A stretch of 64,000 nucleotides of DNA from NCBI GenBank assembly GCA_032718475.1, contig JAUCBJ010007806.1, positions 77,621 to 141,620 of the forward strand, in the 5' to 3' direction. Source of the DNA: Nemertoderma westbladi. Taxonomy: Eukaryota > Animalia > Xenacoelomorpha. The notes beneath the pieces were generated by a model, which saw nothing but the letters and a program-made list of their open reading frames with translations, ran no database searches and was not told the DNA's origin. The number at the start of each line of letters is the position of its first letter. The stretch's first letter is position 1. A program made the translations under genes and the position numbers. Positions 30,001 to 42,854 of this stretch are shown in pieces.

Positions 30001-33000
30001 GTATACGGAATAGCCATACATACAACTGTGAAAGTGAAAGTTAGTTATTGTATACGGAATAGCCATACAACTGTGAAAGAGAAAAATAGTTATTGTATAC
30101 GGAATAGCCATACAACTGTGAAAGAGAAAGTTAGTTATTGCATACGGAATAGCCATACAACTGTGAAAGTGAAAGTTAGTTATTGTATACGGAATAGCCA
30201 TACAACTGTGAAAGTGAAAGTTAGTTATTGTATACGGAATAGCCATACATACAACTGTGAAAGTGAAAGTTAGTTATTGTATACGGAATAGCCATACAAC
30301 TGTGAAAGAGAAAAATAGTTATTGTATACGGAATAGCCATACAACTGTGAAAGAGAAAGTTAGTTATTGCATACGGAATAGCCATACAACTGTGAAAGTG
30401 AAAGTTAGTTATTGTATACGGAATAGCCATACAACTGTGAAAGTGAAAGTTAGTTATTGTATACGGAATAGCCATACAACTGTGAAAGAGAAAAATAGTT
30501 ATTGTATACGGAATAGCCATACATACAACTGTGAAAGTGAAAGTTAGTTATTGTATACGGAATAGCCATACATACAACTGTGAAAGAGAAGATTAGTTAT
30601 TGCATACGGAATAGCCATACAACTGTGAAAGAGAAAAATAGTTATTGCATACGGAATAGCCATACATACAACTGTGAAAGAGAAGATTAGTTATTGCATA
30701 CGGAATAGCCATACAACTGTGAAAGAGAAAAATAGTTATTGTATACGGAATAGCCATACATACAACTGTGAAAGAGAAGATTAGTTATTGCATACGGAAT
30801 AGCCATACAACTGTGAAAGAGAAAAATAGTTATTGTATACGGAATAGCCATACATACAACTGTGAAAGTGAAAGTTAGTTATTGTATACGGAATAGCCAT
30901 ACATACAACTGTGAAAGAGAAGATTAGTTATTGCATACGGAATAGCCATACAACTGTGAAAGAGAAAAATAGTTATTGTATACGGAATAGCCATACAACT
31001 AGGAAAATGAAAGTTAGTTATTGCATACGGAATAGACATACAACTGTGAAAGAGAAAAATAGTTATTGTATACGGAATAGCCATACAACTGTGAAAGTGA
31101 AAGTTAGTTATTGTATACGGAATAGCCATACAACTGTGAAAGAGAAAAATAGTTATTGTATACGGAATAGCCATACAACTGTGAAAGAGAAAGTTAGTTA
31201 TTGCATACGGAATAGCCATACAACTGTGAAAGAGAAAAATAGTTATTGCATACGGAATAGACATACAACTGTGAAAGAGAAAAATAGTTATTGTATACGG
31301 AATAGCCATACAACTGTGAAAGTGAAAGTTAGTTATTGTATACGGAATAGCCATACAACTGTGAAAGTGAAAGTTAGTTATTGTATACGGAATAGCCATA
31401 CAACTGTGAAAGAGAAAAATAGTTATTGTATACGGAATAGCCATACAACTGTGAAAGAGAAAAATAGTTATTGCATACGGAATAGCCATACAACTGTGAA
31501 AGTGAAAGTTAGTTATTGTATACGGAATAGCCATACAACTGTGAAAGTGAAAGTTAGTTATTGCATACGAAATAGCCATACAACTGTGAAAGAGAAAAAT
31601 AGTTATTGTATACGGAATAGCCATACAACTGTGAAAGTGAAAGTTAGTTATTGTATACGGAATAGCCATACAACTGTGAAAGTGAAAGTTAGTTATTGCA
31701 TACGGAATAGCCATACAACTGTGAAAGTGAAAGTTAGTTATTGTATACGGAATAGCCATACAACTGTGAAAGAGAAAAATAGTTATTGTATACGGAATAG
31801 CCATACAACTGTGAAAGAGAAAAATAGTTATTGCATACGGAATAGCCATACAACTCGGAAAATGAAAGTTAGTTATTGCATACGGAATAGCCATACAACT
31901 GTGAAAGAGAAAAATAGTTATTGTATACGGAATAGCCATACAACTGTGAAAGAGAAAAATAGTTATTGTATACGGAATAGCCATACAACTGTGAAAGTGA
32001 AAGTTAGTTATTGTATACGGAATAGCCATACAACTGTGAAAGAGAAAAATAGTTATTGTATACGGAATAGCCATACAACTGTGAAAGAGAAAAATAGTTA
32101 TTGTATACGGAATAGCCATACAACTGTGAAAGTGAAAGTTAGTTATTGTATACGGAATAGCCATACAACTGTGAAAGAGAAAAATAGTTATTGTATACGG
32201 AATAGCCAAACAACTGTGAAAGTGAAAGTTAGTTATTGTATACGGAATAGCCATACAACTGTGAAAGAGAAAAATAGTTATTGTATACGGAATAGCCATA
32301 CAACTGTGAAAGAGAAAGTTATTTATTGTATACGGAATAGCCATACAACTGTGAAAGTGAAAGTTAGTTATTGTATACGGAATAGCGATGCAACTGTGAA
32401 AGAGAAAAATAGTTATTGTATACGGAATAGCCATACAACTGTGAAAGAGAAAAATAGTTATTGTATACGGAATAGCCATACAACTGTGAAAGTGAAAGTT
32501 AGTTATTGTATACGGAATAGCCATACAACTGTGAAAGAGAAAAATAGTTATTGTATACGGAATAGCCATACAACTGTGAAAGAGAAAAATAGTTATTGTA
32601 TACGGAATAGCCATACAACTGTGAAAGTGAAAGTTAGTTATTGTATACGGAATAGCCATACAACTGTGAAAGAGAAAAATAGTTATTGTATACGGAATAG
32701 CCAAACAACTGTGAAAGTGAAAGTTAGTTATTGTATACGGAATAGCCATACAACTGTGAAAGAGAAAAATAGTTATTGTATACGGAATAGCCATACAACT
32801 GTGAAAGAGAAAGTTATTTATTGTATACGGAATAGCCATACAACTGTGAAAGTGAAAGTTAGTTATTGTATACGGAATAGCGATGCAACTGTGAAAGAGA
32901 AAAATAGTTATTGTATACGGAATAGCCATACAACTGTGAAAGAGAAAGTTATTTATTGTATACGGAATAGCCATACAACTGTGAAAGTGAAAGTTAGTTA

Positions 33001-36000
33001 TTGTATACGGAATAGCGATGCAACTGTGAAAGAGAAAAATAGTTATTGTATACGGAATAGCCATACAACTGTGAAAGAGAAAGTTATTTATTGTATACGG
33101 AATAGCCATACAACTGTGAAAGTGAAAGTTAGTTATTGCATACGGAATAGACATACAACTGTGAAAGAGAAAAATAGTTATTGCATACGGAATAGCCATA
33201 CAACTCGGAAAATGAAAGTTAGTTATTGCATACGGAATAGCCATACAACTGTGAAAGAGAAAAATAGTTATTGTATACGGAATAGCCATACAACTGTGAA
33301 AGAGAAGGTTAGTTATTGCATACGGAATAGACATACAACTGTGAAAGAGAAAAATAGTTATTGCATACGGAATAGCCATACAACTGTGAAAGAGAAAAAT
33401 AGTTATTGCATACGGAATAGCCATACAACTGTGAAAGTGAAGGTTAGTTATTGCATACTGAATAGCCATACAACTGTGAAAGAGAAAAATAGTTATTGTA
33501 TACGGAATAGCCATACAACTGTGAAAGAGAAGGTTAGTTATTGCATACGGAATAGCCATACAACTGTGAAAGTGAAGGTTAGTTATTGCATACTGAATAG
33601 CCATACAACTGTGAAAGAGAAAAATAGTTATTGTATACGGAATAGCCATACAACTGTGAAAGAGAAGGTTAGTTATTGCATACGGAATAGCCATACAACT
33701 GTGAAAGTGAAGGTTAGTTATTGCATACTGAATAGCCATACAACTGTGAAAGAGAAAAATAGTTATTGTATACGGAATAGACATACAACTGTGAAAGAGA
33801 AAAATAGTTATTGTATACGGAATAGCCATACAACTGTGAAAGTGAAAGTTAGTTATTGTATACGGAATAGCCATACAACTGTGAAAGAGAAAAATAGTTA
33901 TTGTATACGGAATAGCCATACAACTGTGAAAGAGAAGGTTAGTTATTGCATACGGAATAGACATACAACTGTGAAAGTGAAAGTTAGTTATTGCATACGG
34001 AATAGCCATACAACTGTGAAAGAGAAAAATAGTTATTGCATACGGAATAGCCATACAACTCGGAAAATGAAAGTTAGTTATTGCATACGGAATAGCCATA
34101 CAACTGTGAAAGTGAAAGTTAGTTATTGCATACGGAATAGCCATACAACTGTGAAAGTGAAAGTTAGTTATTGTATACGGAATAGCCATACAACTGTGAA
34201 AGAGAAAAATAGTTATTGTATACGGAATAGCCATACAACTGTGAAAGTGAAAAATAGTTATTGCATACGGAATAGCCATACAACTGTGAAAGAGAAGGTT
34301 AGTTATTGCATACGGAATAGACATACAACTGTGAAAGTGAAAGTTAGTTATTGCATACGGAATAGCCATACAACTGTGAAAGAGAAAAATAGTTATTGCA
34401 TACGGAATAGCCATACAACTGTGAAAGTGAAAGTTAGTTATTGCATACGGAATAGCCTTACAACTGTGAAAGAGAAGGTTAGTTATTGCATACGGAATAG
34501 ACATACAACTGTGAAAGTGAAAGTTAGTTATTGCATACGGAATAGCCATACAACTGTGAAAGAGAAAAATAGTTATTGCATACGGAATAGCCATACAACT
34601 GTGAAAGTGAAAGTTAGTTATTGCATACGGAATAGCCATACAACTCGGAAAATGAAAGTTAGTTATTGCATACGGAATAGCCATACAACTGTGAAAGTGA
34701 AAGTTAGTTATTGCATACGGAATAGCCATACAACTGTGAAAGTGAAAGTTAGTTATTGCATACGGAATAGCCATACATACAACTGTGAAAGAGAAGATTA
34801 GTTATTGCATACGGAATAGACATACAACTGTGAAAGTGAAAGTTAGTTATTGCATACGGAATAGCCATACATACAACTGTGAAAGAGAAGATTAGTTATT
34901 GCATACGGAATAGCCATACAACTGTGAAAGTGAAAGTTAGTTATTGCATACGGAATAGCCATACAACTGTGAAAGAGAAGGTTAGTTATTGCATACGGAA
35001 TAGCCATACAACTGTGATAGTGAAAGTTAGTTATTGCATACGGAATAGCCATACATACAACTGTGAAAGAGAAAAATAGTTATTGTATACGGAATAGCCA
35101 TACAACTGTGAAAGTGAAAGTTAGTTATTGCATACGGAATAGCCATACAACTGTGAAAGAGAAGGTTAGTTATTGCATACGGAATAGCCATGCAACTGTG
35201 AAAGTGAAAGTTAGTTATTGCATACGGAATAGCCATACAACTGTGAAAGTGAAAGTTAGTTATTGCATACGGAATAGCCATACATACAACTGTGAAAGAG
35301 AAAAATAGTTATTGTATACGGAATAGCCATACAACTGTGAAAGAGAAGGTTAGTTATTGCATACGGAATAGCCATACAACTGTGAAAGTGAAAGTTAGTT
35401 ATTGCATACGGAATAGCCATACAACTGTGAAAGAGAAGGTTAGTTATTGCATACGGAATAGCCATGCAACTGTGAAAGTGAAAGTTAGTTATTGCATACG
35501 GAATAGCCATACAACTGTGAAAGTGAAAGTTAGTTATTGCATACGGAATAGCCATACATACAACTGTGAAAGAGAAAAATAGTTATTGTATACGGAATAG
35601 CAATACAACTGTGAAAGAGAAGGTTAGTTATTGCATACGGAATAGCCATACAACTGTGAAAGAGAAGGTTAGTTATTGCATACGGAATAGCCATACAACT
35701 GTGAAAGTGAAAGTTAGTTATTGCATACGGAATAGCCATACAACTGTGAAAGTGAAAGTTAGTTATTGCATACGGAATAGCCATACAACTGTGAAAGTGA
35801 AAGTTAGTTATTGCATACGGAATAGCCATACAACTGTGAAAGTGAAAGTTAGTTATTGCATACGGAATAGCCATGCAACTGTGAAAGTGAAAGTTAGTTA
35901 TTGTATACGGAATAGCCATACATACAACTGTGAAAGAGAAAAATAGTTATTGTATACGGAATAGCCATACAACTGTGAAAGAGAAGGTTAGTTATTGCAT

Positions 36001-39000
36001 ACGGAATAGCCATACATACAACTGTGAAAGAGAAAAATAGTTATTGTATACGGAATAGCAATACAACTGTGAAAGAGAAGGTTAGTTATTGCATACGGAA
36101 TAGCCATACAACTGTGAAAGAGAAGGTTAGTTATTGCATACGGAATAGCCATACAACTGTGAAAGTGAAAGTTAGTTATTGCATACGGAATAGCCATACA
36201 ACTGTGAAAGTGAAAGTTAGTTATTGCATACGGAATAGCCATACAACTGTGAAAGTGAAAGTTAGTTATTGCATACGGAATAGCCATACAACTGTGAAAG
36301 TGAAAGTTAGTTATTGCATACGGAATAGCCATGCAACTGTGAAAGTGAAAGTTAGTTATTGTATACGGAATAGCCATACATACAACTGTGAAAGAGAAAA
36401 ATAGTTATTGTATACGGAATAGCCATACAACTGTGAAAGAGAAGGTTAGTTATTGCATACGGAATAGCCATACAACTGTGAAAGTGAAAGTTAGTTATTG
36501 CATACGGAATAGCCATACAACTGTGAAAGTGAAAGTTAGTTATTGCATACGGAATAGCCATACAACTGTGAAAGTGAAAGTTAGTTATTGCATACGGAAT
36601 AGCCATACAACTGTGAAAGTGAAAGTTAGTTATTGCATACGGAATAGCCATACAACTGTGAAAGTGAAAGTTAGTTATTGCATACGGAATAGCCATACAT
36701 ACAACTGTGAAAGAGAAGATTAGTTATTGCATACGGAATAGACATACAACTGTGAAAGTGAAAGTTAGTTATTGCATACGGAATAGTCATACAACTGTGA
36801 AAGAGAAGGTTAGTTATTGCATACGGAATAGCCATACAACTGTGATAGTGAAAGTTAGTTATTGCATACGGAATAGCCATACATACAACTGTGAAAGAGA
36901 AGATTAGTTATTGCATACGGAATAGACATACAACTGTGAAAGAGAAGGTTAGTTATTGCATACGGAATAGCCATACAACTGTGATAGTGAAAGTTAGTTA
37001 TTGTATACGGAATAGTCATACAACTGTGAAAGAGAAGGTTAGTTATTGCATACGGAATAGTCATACAACTGTGAAAGAGAAGGTTAGTTATTGCATACGG
37101 AATAGCCATACAACTGTGAAAGAGAAGGTTAGTTATTGCATACGGAATAGCCATACAACTGTGATAGTGAAAGTTAGTTATTGCATACGGAATAGCCATA
37201 CATACAACTGTGAAAGAGAAGATTAGTTATTGCATACGGAATAGACATACAACTGTGAAAGTGAAAGTTAGTTATTGCATACGGAATAGCCATACATACA
37301 ACTGTGAAAGAGAAGATTAGTTATTGCATACGGAATAGACATACAACTGTGAAAGTGAAAGTTAGTTATTGCATACGGAATAGCCATACATACAACTGTG
37401 AAAGAGAAGATTAGTTATTGCATACGGAATAGACATACAACTGTGAAAGTGAAAGTTAGTTATTGCATACGGAATAGCCATACATACAACTGTGAAAGAG
37501 AAGATTAGTTATTGCATACGGAATAGCCATACAACTGTGATAGTGAAAGTTAGTTATTGCATACGGAATAGCCATACATACAACTGTGAAAGAGAAGATT
37601 AGTTATTGCATACGGAATAGACATACAACTGTGAAAGTGAAAGTTAGTTATTGCATACGGAATAGTCATACAACTGTGAAAGAGAAGGTTAGTTATTGCA
37701 TACGGAATAGCCATACAACTGTGATAGTGAAAGTTAGTTATTGCATACGGAATAGCCATACATACAACTGTGAAAGAGAAGATTAGTTATTGCATACGGA
37801 ATAGACATACAACTGTGAAAGTGAAAGTTAGTTATTGCATACGGAATAGCCATACATACAACTGTGAAAGAGAAGATTAGTTATTGCATACGGAATAGAC
37901 ATACAACTGTGAAAGTGAAAGTTAGTTATTGCATACGGAATAGTCATACAACTGTGAAAGAGAAGGTTAGTTATTGCATACGGAATAGCCATACAACTGT
38001 GAAAGTGAAAGTTAGTTATTGCATACGGAATAGCCATACAACTGTGAAAGTGAAAGTTAGTTATTGCATACGGAATAGCCATACATACAACTGTGAAAGA
38101 GAAGATTAGTTATTGCATACGGAATAGACATACAACTGTGAAAGTGAAAGTTAGTTATTGCATACGGAATAGTCATACAACTGTGAAAGTGAAAGTTAGT
38201 TATTGTATACGGAATAGTCATACAACTGTGAAAGTGAAAGTTAGTTATTGCATACGGAATAGCCATACAACTGTGAAAGAGAAGGTTAGTTATTGCATAC
38301 GGAATAGCCATACAACTGTGATAGTGAAAGTTAGTTATTGCATACGGAATAGCCATACAACTGTGAAAGAGAAGGTTAGTTATTGCATACGGAATAGCCA
38401 TACATACAACTGTGAAAGAGAAGATTAGTTATTGCATACGGAATAGCCATACAACTGTGAAAGTGAAAGTTAGTTATTGCATACGGAATAGCCATACAAC
38501 TGTGAAAGAGAAGGTTAGTTATTGCATACGGAATAGCCATACAACTGTGATAGTGAAAGTTAGTTATTGCATACGGAATAGCCATACAACTGTGAAAGTG
38601 AAAGTTAGTTATTGCATACGGAATAGCCATACAACTGTGAAAGAGAAGGTTAGTTATTGCATACGGAATAGCCATACAACTGTGATAGTGAAAGTTAGTT
38701 ATTGCATACGGAATAGCCATACAACTGTGAAAGAGAAGGTTAGTTATTGCATACGGAATAGCCATACATACAACTGTGAAAGAGAAGATTAGTTATTGCA
38801 TACGGAATAGCCATACAACTGTGAAAGTGAAAGTTAGTTATTGCATACGGAATAGCCATACAACTGTGAAAGAGAAAAATAGTTATTGTATACGGAATAG
38901 CCATACAACTGTGAAAGTGAAAGTTAGTTATTGCATACGGAATAGCCATACAACTGTGAAAGTGAAAGTTAGTTATTGCATACGGAATAGCCATACAACT

Positions 39001-39165
39001 GTGAAAGTGAAAGTTAGTTATTGCATACGGAATAGCCATACAACTGTGAAAGTGAAAGTTAGTTATTGCATACGGAATAGCCATACAACTGTGAAAGAGA
39101 AAGTTAGTTATTTCATACGGAATAGCAATACAACTGTGAAAGTGAAAGTTAGTTATTGCATACGG
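1..39165. repeat. 45-bp tandem satellite array, ~870 monomers, continues past left edge; consensus TGTGAAAG(A/T)GAA(A/G)(AA/GT)TAGTTATTG(T/C)ATACGGAATAG(C/A)CATACAAC
   Basis: Uninterrupted head-to-tail 45-bp period, with 49-bp monomers (ATAC duplication) and one 39-bp monomer near 9866. Ends abruptly at ...TTGCATACGG|GTACTCTGCAGG near 39165. Confidence 0.99.
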
Positions 39166-39329
39166 GTACTCTGCAGGTAGACATACAGTTTATAAGCAAC
39201 TATAACTATGGTTTGTGTTCCTACAGAAACTGTATAATATTGAAACTAACGATGATAACATATGATAGTAAGTGTTGGGAGGGTTTGGTGTTAGAGTTCA
39301 GGTTAATAATGGATGAAAGGCTCAAATAA

Positions 39330-39510
39330 GGACAACATTACACAGAGAATCCAGACGAACGCGTTCATAGTTGCAATCCTTTGGAAGAATCAGTGGCTTC
39401 CAAAGTTTTAGCGAGTCGTTTTATGTTTGAAGTACGAACGGAGGTACGTGATAAGAATCAGGCAGCGCGAGATGCTTTTACTAATAAGTTGTCTGAGGTC
39501 ACCAACAAGG
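39330..39510 (+). mobile_element. possible decayed Mutator-like transposase fragment
   Basis: Translation ...ERVHSCNPLEESVASKVLASRFMFEVRTEVRDKNQAARDAFTNKLSEV loosely resembles the H-x-H-x-P + helical segment that follows the FLYWCH finger in MULE transposases. Short, with no catalytic motif visible. Confidence 0.2.
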
Positions 39511-39699
39511 CGTATGGGGTGGGGGTGGGGGGGGGGGGGGGTGTAGCGAATCACCCATTCTGGTACCCAGGTAGGTATCCGAGTCGGGAAGTTACCAATA
39601 GGCCAAACAATAGCCTACTGGCCCCAAGACTGATAAAAATGGCGACAACCAAATGTGGAGAGATCAAAGAAGGCAATTATTTAATTTTAGTAAAGCTAC

Positions 39700-40490
39700 T
39701 GAAAGTCAACTATTAAATTATAAGAAAGATATAGAAGATGCGCTAGAAAATATACAACTAGAATACCCCTAATCCAAAGACTCAAGACGCCCACAAACCT
39801 AATTACGTAACAGATACAATAGATAATTCAGCTGACAAACATATTATCTTTATAGTTGCACGAAAGAAAAGACAATGGAATTCAATGCTTGATAGAAACC
39901 ACATCACAACTATTTCTACAGATAAAACCAATTTCATGAAACAAAGAAGATGGCAATGTAGATTACAACACCAAGCTTACAAAGACCATTTAATATCGCT
40001 CGCGCAAAATTGTAAACACAACCCAAATAAGTTCTTGATCCAAATAAATCACGATAAGAAAAAACCACAAGATGTTATGGAGCAGAACAGAAATAAGTTA
40101 TTTAACAACTACAAAGACTTCTACACACAACCACAACCCCGACAAACTGACCACAAAAAAGGTAAAGAAATACATAATCCGAGAAACAAAAATCCTAATA
40201 TCCAAAACATAGAAACAATCGAACATGTACCAACACCTACAGCTGACTGTAAACTAACAACCCCCACCCAAATACAAGAAGCAATTAAAAAGTTACACAA
40301 AGGCAAAGCGGATATTACAAATCAAACTGCAGATCATCTACTATACGGTGTATCAGATATCTTATGCCAACATATTGCATACTTATTTTGCAATGCGCTA
40401 TACCTGCATATTCCCAGACAATATGTGCAAATTCCTCTTAATACCGCAGCTAAAAGGTGGCAATCGCCAGAAGGATCAAACTACTTATAC
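39700..40490 (+). mobile_element. decayed non-LTR retrotransposon (LINE) ORF2 fragment, linker just upstream of the RT domain
   Basis: EAIKKLHKGKA..DHLLYG..ILCQHIAYLF, then after a frameshift IFPDNMCKFLLIPQLKGGNRQKDQTTY. This matches the LINE ORF2 pattern 'AIKKLK.GKA.G.D...LFN...FP..W....IP..K.G...NYRPI' and breaks off just before RPI. Confidence 0.7.
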
Positions 40491-41157
40491 CTATTTCCCA
40501 CTAGAACACGGTCCTTCAATGACTTTTTATTTACGGACACCCACAACCTTTTAGTATAGTGCTAAAACACAGTGATTTTTTATTCTTCCCAAAAAGTACT
40601 GTATATTGTTTCCTTCTGACATATAAAAATAGTGTACTGTAACACCATATAAAAACCTCTGGGATGAGGTAAAAGGAGAAACCGGGTGAGGGGAGGGGTG
40701 CTTTGGGTCCGTTAGGATCCAAAGTATAGCCTCAAAAATAATCCAAAATACAGAGAAAAATCCAGTATTTTTAGCCGTTTCGTTGTGCTAAAAATACACC
40801 GGAAAAAATATATAAAAGGGCTAAGAAATTCTATGGATAAAGGTCTAAACGTCGTAAAAATCATAGAACGTCTAACTAAGCATGATATGAAAAAATGACG
40901 ACTAATGCGAAGAATGGCCACGATACAGAGGGTCCGATTTCGCAAAAGACACTTTTTTAAACGCCTATAAAAAAAATTTAGAGGCAAAATCGAAAATTCC
41001 AGCTTCATGGGGTCAACCACGGTGAGTGGAACTAGTTAGTTGTGTTTCTAAGTTCAAGCAATATGATAAGGATTTGTAGAAAAATCTGGGGGGGGGGGGA
41101 GAAAATGACACTATATTACGGGACATGCTTTATTTATAAAATAAGTTTGTTATTAAT

Positions 41158-41289
41158 ACTTACACTGAACTATTAACTCAATAGTGAATGACTCCTGTTC
41201 TACTAACAGTGGTGGAGGGTAATATTTACAGTAGTTTATTGTTACTTACACTGAACTAACTCAATAGTGAATGACTCCTGTTCTACTAA
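41158..41289 (-). repeat. tandem duplicates (~86-bp unit) of the 3' end of Ig exon 42907-43509 plus its splice donor and adjacent intron
   Basis: ACTTACACTGAACTATTAACTCAATAGTGAATGACTC occurs at 41158, at 41244 (3-bp deletion) and at 42901. The flanking GTTCTACTAACAGTG..GAGGGTAATATTTACAGTAGTTTATTGTT is also repeated. Confidence 0.92.
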
Positions 41290-42854
41290 GGCAGTGATTT
41301 TTTATGTCCTTTTATTTGACTTTTTTTGTCATTTTTTTTTTACGAATTATGCATAATGACTTTTGTTGTCCTTTTAATGACTTTTATTGTCCATTTAATG
41401 ACTTTTTATGTATGTATTTCTTCAAACTGTCAGACTGCTGATTTCTGGACTGTCAGACAGTTGATTTCACTATGCCCTGATGCCTGTGCCAAAACATTCC
41501 ATGATTCCATGATTTATAGACTATGAGATAGATTTCCATATGCGCCTGTGGTAAAAAGACTCTATATTTAATAGTTTGTGGTTGTTGTCGATAATAGATT
41601 ACCACATGACGTAGCAAAACACTCATTTTATAGCCAAAAACAATTACCAATTGATGGAAAGGAGCAGGTTAAGGCCGAGTTTTCTAACCAAAACAATAAA
41701 CAGTCAGTTTACCAAATCAGGGAAAGGAGCAGGTTACAGAGACGGGATTTTCTAACCAAAACAATAAACGATCACTTAACTAATTGAGGGAAAGGAGCAG
41801 GTTACAGAGGCGGGATTTTCTAACCAAAACAATAAACGATCACTTAACTAATTGAGGGAAAGGAGCAGGTTACAGAGGAGGGATTTTCTAACCAAAACAA
41901 TAAACGATCATTTAACTAATTGAGGGAAAGGGGCAGGTTACAGAGGCGGGCCCTTCTAACCAAAACAATAAACGGTCACTTTATCAATTCAGGGAAAGGA
42001 GCAGGTTACAGAGGCGGGATTTTCTAACCAAAACAATAAACGATCATTTAACTAATTGAGGGAAAGGGGCAGGTTACAGAGGCGGGATTTTCTAACCAAA
42101 ACAATAAACGATCATTTAACTAATTGAGGGAAAGGAGCAGGTTACAGAGACGGGATTTTCTAACCAAAACAATAAACGATAACATTACCAATTGAGAGAA
42201 AGGAGCAGGTTACAGAGGCGGGATTTTCTAACCAAAACAATAAACGATAACATTACCAATTGAGGGAAAGGAGCAGGTTACAGAGGCGGGATTTTCTAAC
42301 CAAAACAATAAACGATCACTTAAATAATTGGGGGAAAGGAGCAGGTTAAGGCCGGATTTTCTAACCAAAACAATAAAGAGTCACTTTACCAAATTAGGGA
42401 AAGGAGCAGGTTATCCGTAACACTACTCAGACAGTAGTCATGATCCATTATTGATTATAAAACTAATACAGTAATAGGCCTAAATTATGTGAAAGGTATA
42501 TCCACATTTTCCACAATCCTGCAATCCAGTTTGGCCTATCAATTATTTAAAATTTATTAGCACAACCGGTAGGCCTACCATCACCGTATTTAAATGGTAG
42601 GCTACACAGTAGGCCTATAGCAGTACCGGTGCCGGTACCGGTACTAAAATACAGAAATACCTGCTTTATACCTACATCTGTACATACAATACAGCAAAAT
42701 AGTGCTATATATACTAATACCGGTACTGATAGCCTGAGAGAACAGCAGTAGAGAAACCGGTAGCATGGAACCTAACTTTAGACTTTTGGAGGACATAAAA
42801 AATCAAAAAAAAAGGACAAAAAAAGGATTTAAACGGACAGTAAAAATTATTGCG
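41290..42854. mobile_element. non-autonomous TIR DNA transposon, Mutator-like (9-10 bp TSD), carrying an internal 68-bp tandem repeat
   Basis: Left end GGCAGTGATTTTTTATGTCCTTTTATTTGACTTTTTTTGTCA vs reverse complement of right end CGCAATAATTTTTACTGTCCGTTTAAATCCTTTTTTTGTCC. Direct repeat (G)TTCTACTAA on both sides (41280/81-41289 and 42854/55-42863). Confidence 0.85.
41656..42412. repeat. 68-bp minisatellite, ~11 copies, inside the TIR element
   Basis: GGAAAGGAGCAGGTTACAGAGGCGGGATTTTCTAACCAAAACAATAAACGATCACTTAACTAATTGAG starts at 41721, 41789, 41857 and onward. The terminal copies are slightly shorter variants. Confidence 0.95.

Noticed and set aside
1-39165. CRISPR-like array (short dyad-containing repeat)
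   Set aside because: No unique spacers, no cas genes, and a eukaryotic intron/TE context.
45-39180. Giant ORFs (up to 3352 aa) on both strands of the satellite
   Set aside because: A 45-bp unit without a stop in one frame per strand gives long ORFs automatically. Frequent 4-bp insertions break the frames, and I see no unique domain, splice context or coding constraint.
40487-41040. Possible TIR element interrupting the LINE fragment (CCTATTTCCCACT.. vs ..AGTGGAACTAGTT)
   Set aside because: Terminal similarity is too weak and no TSD can be defined by eye. It is probably repeat-derived but cannot be classified.
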